Positions 26,566 to 32,000 of a stretch of 32,000 nt of DNA are shown in pieces (positions within the stretch are counted from its first letter, which is position 1; every line of letters starts with the position of its first letter). Below the pieces are notes generated by a model that searched no databases, had not been told where the DNA came from, and was given only the letters and a program-made list of their open reading frames with translations. A program made the position numbers and the translations under genes. The stretch is from Pseudoxanthomonas sp. (GTDB taxonomy: Bacteria; Pseudomonadota; Gammaproteobacteria; Xanthomonadales; Xanthomonadaceae), in NCBI RefSeq assembly GCF_036845285.1, contig NZ_DAIUEE010000003.1:191697-223696 (forward strand), written 5' to 3'.

Positions 26566-27708
26566 TCAACCGGACAGGCGGGCCACCACTGGCGCCACCT
26601 GCGATTGCCGTCCCAGCGCGCCGCCCACGCGCGCCAACGCGTTCGCCAGCGGCGATGCATCGTCCGCGCGCAGCGTGGCGTGGCCGACCTTGCGACCGGC
26701 CCGCGGCTCCTTGCCATAGTCGTGCCAGTGACCGCCGGTCTCGTGCAGCACGGCGGCCGCATCCGGCATCTCGCCGATCCAGTTGAGCATGCAGGCGTGG
26801 CCGAGCACGCGCGTGTCGCCCAGCGGCAGGCCAAGTACCGCACGCAGGTGGTTCTGGAACTGGGACGTTTCCGCGCCTTCGATCGTCCAGTGCCCGGAGT
26901 TGTGCACGCGCGGCGCCATTTCGTTGGCAAGCAGTTCGCCGTCCCGATAGAACAGCTCCAGTGCGAACACGCCCACGTAGTCGAGCGCCTCGGCCAGGCG
27001 GCGTGCATGCGCACATGCCGCGTCGGCCAGCGCGGCGTCGGCACGTGCCGGCGCCAGGCTCGCGGACAGGACACCGTCGACATGCCAGTTCTCGGTCAAC
27101 GGCCACGTGCGGAACTCGCCATCGCGACCGCGCACGGCGACCACCGAGAGTTCCCGCTCGAACGGGATGAAGGCCTCGACGATCAGGCCGACGCTGGTCG
27201 CCTGGGCGCCCAGCGCCTGCCATGCCGCGTCGACATCCGCCGGCGACTTGATGCGGAACTGGCCCTTGCCGTCGTAACCCAGGCGACGCGTCTTGAGGAT
27301 GCACGTGCCGCCCAGCCGTGCGACTTCGGTGCGCAGCGCGTCGATGCTGTTCACGTCGGCGAATGCGCCGACCGGGATGCCGAGGTCGCGGAACAACGTC
27401 TTCTCGACCAGGCGATCCTGCGCCACGGCCAGCGCGCGCGGATTCGGGAACACGGGAACGCGCTGCGAAAGCCATTCCGCACTTTCCGCCGGCACGTTCT
27501 CGAAATCGAACGTGGCCACGTCGACCTTCGATGCAAACTCCGCCAGCGCCGCCTCGTCGCGGTAGTCGCCCACCAGCAGCGGCGCGAACTGGCCCGCGCA
27601 GGCGTCCGGCGCCGTGTCCATCACCAGGAAGCGGAGACCCAGCGGCGCTCCCGACAGCGCCAGCATGCGCGCGAGTTGTCCCCCGCCAAGAATGCCGACC
27701 GTGGTCAT
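26566..27708 (-). CDS. purK: 5-(carboxyamino)imidazole ribonucleotide synthase (N5-CAIR synthase)
   Basis: 380-aa [23 protein letters not shown]..., an ATP-grasp protein. It makes an ATGA overlap with the purE stop. Confidence 0.92.
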   Translation of the reverse strand: MTTVGILGGGQLARMLALSGAPLGLRFLVMDTAPDACAGQFAPLLVGDYRDEAALAEFASKVDVATFDFENVPAESAEWLSQRVPVFPNPRALAVAQDRLVEKTLFRDLGIPVGAFADVNSIDALRTEVARLGGTCILKTRRLGYDGKGQFRIKSPADVDAAWQALGAQATSVGLIVEAFIPFERELSVVAVRGRDGEFRTWPLTENWHVDGVLSASLAPARADAALADAACAHARRLAEALDYVGVFALELFYRDGELLANEMAPRVHNSGHWTIEGAETSQFQNHLRAVLGLPLGDTRVLGHACMLNWIGEMPDAAAVLHETGGHWHDYGKEPRAGRKVGHATLRADDASPLANALARVGGALGRQSQVAPVVARLSG

Positions 27709-28214
27709 AGCGGCTGGCGGGGATCGTCGTGCGCCATCACGTCATCGGTCTGGCGCGTGCGGAAGGCATCGAGCGCAGCGCCGATCGCCGGATACTCCGG
27801 CGCCAGCAGCGCCGCAGCGAACAGGCCGGCATTGGCGGCGCCCGCATTGCCGATCGCGAACGTCGCCACCGGGATGCCGGCGGGCATCTGCACGATGGAC
27901 AGCAGCGAGTCCATGCCATTGAGCGCCTTGGACTGCACCGGCACGCCGAGCACCGGTACCGCCGTCTTTGCGGCGAGCATGCCAGGCAGGTGGGCGGCGC
28001 CACCCGCGCCCGCGATGATCGCGCGCAGTCCGCGCGAGGACGCTGCATCTGCGTACGAGAACAACACATCGGGCGTTCGATGCGCCGACACGACTTTCAC
28101 TTCGTACGGAACGCCCAGCGCGTCCAGTTTCTGCGCGGCATGCTGCATGGTCTCCCAGTCGGATCGGGAACCCATCACGATGCCCACCACGGGGCTGGAA
28201 ACGCTGGCGGTCAT
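27705..28214 (-). CDS. purE: 5-(carboxyamino)imidazole ribonucleotide mutase
   Basis: Sequence includes [18 protein letters not shown]...VVSAHRTPD...[10 protein letters not shown]...PVLGVPV. I prefer the ATG at 28214 (MTASVSS...), which has GAGGA 5 nt upstream. The track starts at a TTG at 28232. Confidence 0.92.
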   Translation of the reverse strand: MTASVSSPVVGIVMGSRSDWETMQHAAQKLDALGVPYEVKVVSAHRTPDVLFSYADAASSRGLRAIIAGAGGAAHLPGMLAAKTAVPVLGVPVQSKALNGMDSLLSIVQMPAGIPVATFAIGNAGAANAGLFAAALLAPEYPAIGAALDAFRTRQTDDVMAHDDPRQPL

Positions 28215-28278
28215 GGCCGTCCTCGGTCGCAAAGACGTATTCTACCCTCCTGACCGAACCGCTGATCGAGTCCCCCAT

Positions 28279-28548
28279 ATGGACCGCAAACTGCTCGACC
28301 TCCTGTGCTGCCCCACCACCCGCCAACCGCTCGCCGCGCTCGACGCGCGCGGACTGGAGGCGCTGAACCGTGCGATCGCTGCCGGCGATATCAAACGCGC
28401 CGATGACACCGCGCAGACCGAAGCGCTGCGCGAGGCCCTGGTCACGCACGACCGCAAGACCGTCTATCGCGTCGAGGATGGCATCCCGGTGCTGCTCGCC
28501 GAGGAAGCGATCGCCACCGCGCAGGCCGCCGACTTCCCTGTCCGATGA
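28279..28548 (+). CDS. Trm112/YcaR-family (UPF0434-like) small protein
   Basis: The last 89 aa of track ORF 26389..28548 read MDRKLLDLLCCPTTRQPL...YRVEDGIPVLLAEEAI. The N- and C-terminal Trm112-family motifs are separated by a helical insertion. It makes an ATGA overlap with the nadC start. Confidence 0.7.
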   Translation: MDRKLLDLLCCPTTRQPLAALDARGLEALNRAIAAGDIKRADDTAQTEALREALVTHDRKTVYRVEDGIPVLLAEEAIATAQAADFPVR

Positions 28549-29411
28549 GCCCGCGTCCGACACCGCCGCCGGTTGACGTCATCGAGGCGGACGTCGCACG
28601 CGCATTGGCCGAGGATGTGGGTGCCGGCGACGTGACCGCGGCGCTGTTGCCCGACGCGCCGGACATCGCCTACCTGCTGTGCAAGGAAGACGCCGTGATC
28701 GCCGGGCGACCATGGTTCGATGCCTGCCATCGCGCGCTCGATCCGGACGTGCGGATCGACTGGCGCGTGCAGGACGGTGATCGCGTGTCCGCCGGCACTG
28801 TGTTGGCCACCCTGGCCGGCCGATCGCGTGCGCTGGTCACGGCCGAGCGCTCGTCGTTGAACTTCCTGCAGACGCTGTCAGGCACCGCCACCGTCACGGC
28901 CGAGTATGTCGATGCCGTTCGCGGCACCGGCTGCACCATCCTGGACACGCGCAAGACGCTGCCCGGAATGCGGCTGGCGCAGAAATACGCCGTCCGTTGC
29001 GGTGGCGGACAGAACCATCGCATCGGCCTGTACGACGCCGTGATGCTGAAGGAAAACCACGTGCGCGCCGCCGGCTCGCTGGCAGCCGCCATCCGTGCGG
29101 CACGCGCCTCGCAACCGTCGCTGCCCCTCATCGTCGAAGTGGAAACCCTCGCACAGCTGGACGAGGCCCTCGCGGAAGGCTGCGAACGCATCCTGATCGA
29201 CGACTTCGACGTGGATACGCGCCGTGAAGCCGTGCGCCGTGCGAAGGCGACACCGTACGGCGGCCGCATCCCGCTCGAAGTCTCCGGCAGCGTGGACCTG
29301 ACGACATTGCGCGGCATCGCGGAGGACGGCGTGGACTTCGTGTCGATCGGTGGGCTGACCAAGCACGTACGCGCCATCGATCTCTCGATGAAACTCGGCC
29401 CTGTGCCATGA
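28545..29411 (+). CDS. nadC: Nicotinate-nucleotide diphosphorylase (quinolinate phosphoribosyltransferase)
   Basis: 288-aa ORF with ALAEDVGAGDVTA, TAERSSLNFLQTLSGTAT, ILDTRKTLPGMRLAQKYAVRCGGGQNHRIGLYDAVMLKENH and a C-terminal SIGGLTKH. Confidence 0.93.
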   Translation: MSPRPTPPPVDVIEADVARALAEDVGAGDVTAALLPDAPDIAYLLCKEDAVIAGRPWFDACHRALDPDVRIDWRVQDGDRVSAGTVLATLAGRSRALVTAERSSLNFLQTLSGTATVTAEYVDAVRGTGCTILDTRKTLPGMRLAQKYAVRCGGGQNHRIGLYDAVMLKENHVRAAGSLAAAIRAARASQPSLPLIVEVETLAQLDEALAEGCERILIDDFDVDTRREAVRRAKATPYGGRIPLEVSGSVDLTTLRGIAEDGVDFVSIGGLTKHVRAIDLSMKLGPVP

Positions 29412-29418
29412 GGAACGC

Positions 29419-29754
29419 ATGTCGCCGTTGAGCGCCCTCCTCTGGCTGATCGCGGGCGGGGCGGCGTTCGCCTACTGGAACGCCGCACGCGCCGCCGCCG
29501 AACGCGCCGGCGTGCTGGGCCGCAATGCCTGCAAGGCGGCGGGCGTCATCTGGCTGGACCAGAGCGTACATGCCAATGGCCTGCGCCTGCGCCGTGGCGA
29601 GGACGGCTGGCTGGGATTCGAACGCAGCTTCCGCTTCGAGTACTCGCACGACGGCATCGACCGCCACGTCGGACGGATCGTGCTGAGGAAAGGACAACTG
29701 GTGTCGTTCGTCGGTCCGGTCGCGCCTTCGGTGACGCCGATCGACCTGCAATGA
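29419..29754 (+). CDS. DUF3301-like small membrane protein
   Basis: 111-aa ORF with an N-terminal TM helix, then ...RNACKAAGVIWLDQSVHANGLRLRRGEDGWLGFERSFRFEYSHDGIDRHVGRIVL. This fits my recollection of the DUF3301 pattern. GAGGAA lies just upstream of the ATG. Confidence 0.65.
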   Translation: MSPLSALLWLIAGGAAFAYWNAARAAAERAGVLGRNACKAAGVIWLDQSVHANGLRLRRGEDGWLGFERSFRFEYSHDGIDRHVGRIVLRKGQLVSFVGPVAPSVTPIDLQ

Positions 29755-29786
29755 CGCATCCCGCATCGCCCGTGCGGTGATGCGTC
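29753..29786. terminator. Long hairpin in the convergent gap between the DUF3301 gene and sspB (no T-run)
   Basis: GACGCATCCCGCA-TCGCCCG-TGCGG(T)GATGCGTC gives 13 bp with one bulge. It starts within the stop codon of the upstream gene. Confidence 0.4.
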
Positions 29787-29799
29787 CACTGCCGGCGGC

Positions 29800-30252
29800 T
29801 TACTTCACCACGCGCAGGAACGGCGGACGCTTGCCTGCGGGCGGCGGGGCATCGTCGTCGGGCGGCGTGTCCTGCGAAGACGCGGCCTCTCCGTCATCGC
29901 CACCGGCATCGGTGTCGTGCGGCACGTCGTCGGGCAGCGCCATGCCCTGCCCCGTCTCGCGCGAATAGATCGCCAGCACCGCACTGACCGGCACGTGGAC
30001 CGCATGGCTGACGCCACCGAAGCGGGCGGTGAAGCTGACGGCGTCGTTGTCGATCATCAGCCGCACCACCGCGCGCTCGGCGATGTTCAGCACCACCTTG
30101 CCTTCCTTGACCGCGCTGGCCGGCACCTGCACGCCAGCCTGGGTGGCATCCACCAGCAGGTGCGGCGTCATGCCGTTGTCGGCGATCCATTCGTTCAACG
30201 CCCGCAACAGGTAAGGGCGATGGCTGGTCATGCGGGAAGAGGCTTCGGTCAT
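29800..30252 (-). CDS. sspB: ClpXP adaptor, stringent starvation protein B
   Basis: 150-aa ORF with RPYLLRALNEWIADNGMTPHLLVDA...VVLNIAERAV, an acidic linker and a C-terminal ClpX-binding tail RPPFLRVVK. An alternative start lies at 30231. Confidence 0.92.
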   Translation of the reverse strand: MTEASSRMTSHRPYLLRALNEWIADNGMTPHLLVDATQAGVQVPASAVKEGKVVLNIAERAVVRLMIDNDAVSFTARFGGVSHAVHVPVSAVLAIYSRETGQGMALPDDVPHDTDAGGDDGEAASSQDTPPDDDAPPPAGKRPPFLRVVK

Positions 30253-30315
30253 TTCACTTCTCGACGGTCGGTCGCGGCACGGTATCGCGGCCGATCCGGC
30301 CCTGATCCGCCACCG

Positions 30316-30951
30316 TCAGGTCGGGATCTCGCGCAGCTTCTTTTCCGCATCCGTCAGGCTGCGCAGGAAACCGGGGTGGCGGAAAATGCGGTTGCCATAG
30401 TCGTCGATCGCCTTGCCGTCCTTCGGCAGCGGCACGTCCAGCGACGGCAGGCGCCAGATGATCGGCGCCATCGCGCAGTCGGCCAGGCTCATTTCGGGAT
30501 TGAGGAAGAACTTGCTCGCCTTGAACAGCGGCACCGAGGCGGTCAGCAGTTCCTTCAGCCGCTTGCGGCCGGCTTCGGCCTGCTGCTTGTTGCCCAGCTG
30601 GATGGCCTGCACCTGCGGCACCCAGTCGTGCTCGATGCGCAGCATGGCCAGGCGCAGGCGCGCACGCGACAGCGGATCGACCGGCATCAGCGGCGGATGC
30701 GGATAGCGCTCGTCCAGGTATTCGCTGACCACCGAGGCGGCATACAGCACCAGGTCGCGCTCCACCAGCGTGGGCACGGAATGGTAGGGATTCAGATCGA
30801 TGAGGTCTTCGGGCGGATTCTGCGGATCCACCGGCACCAGGTCGTAGCTCACGCCCTTCGCGGCGAGCACCAGCCGCACGCGGTGGCAGAGCACGTCATC
30901 GGTGGAGGAAAACAACGTCAGTGTATTGCGCATACGTGGACTCGCAGCCAT
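30316..30951 (-). CDS. sspA: Stringent starvation protein A (GST-fold RNAP-associated protein)
   Basis: 211-aa ORF with LTLFSS..D..CHRVRLVLAAKGVSYDLVPVD..NPPEDLIDLNPY.SVPTLV.RDL and YLDERYPHPPLMPV. GGAGAG lies 6 nt upstream of the ATG at 30951. Confidence 0.93.
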   Translation of the reverse strand: MAASPRMRNTLTLFSSTDDVLCHRVRLVLAAKGVSYDLVPVDPQNPPEDLIDLNPYHSVPTLVERDLVLYAASVVSEYLDERYPHPPLMPVDPLSRARLRLAMLRIEHDWVPQVQAIQLGNKQQAEAGRKRLKELLTASVPLFKASKFFLNPEMSLADCAMAPIIWRLPSLDVPLPKDGKAIDDYGNRIFRHPGFLRSLTDAEKKLREIPT

Positions 30952-31133
30952 TCACGGCTCTCCGACGATCGGAATCCGCCGATCGCACCGACGCCGCCAG
31001 CCCCTTGCTGACGGTCGCCACGGTCCCTGAGTGTGCAATCCCCGCCGGAAAAAGCCAAGCAGCCCCCGCCCGGCTTTTCCCCTGCCGGAGCAGGCCTTCC
31101 GGCCTGCCTCCGTGGCGTCGGACGCGACGCCTT

Positions 31134-31880
31134 TTAGTGGACGTCCTTCCAGTACTCCTGCTTCAGCAGGTAGGCCAGGAACGTCAGCGCCGACAGGAAC
31201 AGGATCACCCACACGCCGATGCTCTGGCGCTTCAGGGCCGCCGGCTCGCCGACATACTCCAGGAAGTTGGTGATGTCGCGCGCGGTCTGGTCGAACTGCT
31301 GCGCATTCTGGCGACCGGCCTGCGTGACCTTGAGGCTTTCCACGTGGCGCTCGCCGGTGGTCGCGTCGGCCTGGCCGTACTCCGCGTGCTGCATGCCCTG
31401 CAGCTCCCACAGCGGGTTGGGCATGGAGGCGTTGGGGAACAGCTTGTTGTTCCAGCCCAGCGGACGCGACTCGTCGAGGTAGAACGACTTGAGGTAGGTG
31501 TAGATCCAGTCGCTGCCACGCACGCGCGAGATGACGCTCAGGTCCGGCGGCATCTTGCCGAACCACTTGGTGGCCGGGTCGTGCGGCATCGACACCTGGA
31601 TCTGCTCGCCGAACTTGGCGCCGGTGAAGTTGAGGTTCTTCATCACCTCGTCCTCGGTCAGCCCCAGGTCCTCGGCCATGCGCGAATAGCGCATGTACTT
31701 CAGCGAGTGGCAGCCGGCGCAGTAGTTCATGTACAGCTGCGCGCCGCGCTGCAGGGAGGCGCGGTCGCCCAGGTCGTTGCCGGCCTGCAGCTTCTCGCCG
31801 CCGCCGGCGGCGAACACGGAGAACGAAATCAGCAACCCGCTGGCGAAGACAGCTAGGCGAGAGGCGAAAATCTTAGTCAT
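31134..31880 (-). CDS. petC: Cytochrome c1 (ubiquinol-cytochrome c reductase subunit)
   Basis: 248-aa ORF with a signal peptide, haem motif CAGCHS, PPDLS, a Met ligand region (NASMPNPL) and a C-terminal TM anchor. Confidence 0.9.
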   Translation of the reverse strand: MTKIFASRLAVFASGLLISFSVFAAGGGEKLQAGNDLGDRASLQRGAQLYMNYCAGCHSLKYMRYSRMAEDLGLTEDEVMKNLNFTGAKFGEQIQVSMPHDPATKWFGKMPPDLSVISRVRGSDWIYTYLKSFYLDESRPLGWNNKLFPNASMPNPLWELQGMQHAEYGQADATTGERHVESLKVTQAGRQNAQQFDQTARDITNFLEYVGEPAALKRQSIGVWVILFLSALTFLAYLLKQEYWKDVH

Positions 31881-32000
31881 GCGTCGTCACCCGCTCGGGC
31901 ACTGGCTTGGTCTTGTCGATCTTGGTCCAGATCGGCATGGTCAGGAAGAACAGGAAGTAGAACGCGGTCAGGAAGCGGCCGATGATCGTTTCCACCGGAT
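31873..32000 (-). CDS. petB: Cytochrome b, C-terminal fragment (gene continues beyond the window)
   Basis: My manual translation of the minus strand gives ...PVETIIGRFLTAFYFLFFLTMPIWTKIDKTKPVPERVTTHD*, with TAA at 31875..31873. It overlaps the petC start by 8 nt. The hydrophobic C-terminal helix and the position upstream of petC fit cytochrome b. Confidence 0.7.
   Translation of the reverse strand, partial: PVETIIGRFLTAFYFLFFLTMPIWTKIDKTKPVPERVTTHD

Noticed and set aside
26389-28278. The upstream 630 codons of the 719-aa plus-strand track ORF 26389..28548.
   Set aside because: This part is antisense to purK and purE. Only the last 89 codons, from the ATG at 28279, form a recognisable Trm112/YcaR-like protein lying in a real intergenic gap. 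The rest is read-through of an open antisense frame.
30952-31133. Several GC hairpins between petC and sspA (for example GGCGTCG-GACG-CGACGCC at 31114-31131 and GGAGCAGGCC-TTCC-GGCCTGCCTCC at about 31087-31111) as petC terminators.
   Set aside because: On the transcribed minus strand none is followed by a T-run. The only T-run (31132-31135) is on the plus strand, where no gene needs terminating. These are probably Rho-dependent or structural elements, and I did not call a terminator.

Overview
High-GC gammaproteobacterial chromosome segment. Gene content and order suggest Xanthomonadales/Lysobacterales (Rhodanobacter/Dyella/Xanthomonas-like); this is an inference from synteny, with no database search. 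About two thirds is conserved housekeeping DNA. On the minus strand: tRNA-Val, thrS-infC-rpmI-rplT-pheS-pheT-ihfA, a MerR-family gene, tRNA-Pro, then uvrB. Further along: ppnN, grxD with an SDR and a MarC-family gene, sodB, purEK, a Trm112-like gene, nadC, a DUF3301 gene, sspAB, and petC plus the petB 3' end. The accessory part is a type IV pilus minor-pilin locus at about 10.5-19 kb. It has fimT (+), tRNA-Asn (+), a convergent and translationally coupled fimU-pilV-pilW-pilX-pilY1-pilE operon (-), and a divergent AlgZ/FimS-like LytS-family histidine kinase with no adjacent response regulator. A stand-alone Oar-like TonB-dependent receptor of 1102 aa follows. Points for a second look: (1) a PPC/beta-sandwich-like insertion inside the vWA domain of PilY1; (2) a C-terminal GRxR motif in FimT but not FimU, the motif tied to DNA binding in competence pili; (3) the orphan kinase facing the minor-pilin promoter; (4) a YciK-like SDR whose catalytic Ser and Lys positions read Asp and Gln, apparently coupled to grxD and the MarC-family gene; (5) an intrinsic terminator and Thr-rich mini-ORF inside the apparent thrS leader; (6) two near-identical GNRA-tetraloop terminator modules 6 kb apart; (7) an inverted REP doublet between rplT and pheS. 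No CRISPR array, integrase, transposase or recognisable defence or toxin system was seen. The many long antisense ORFs look like high-GC artefacts.
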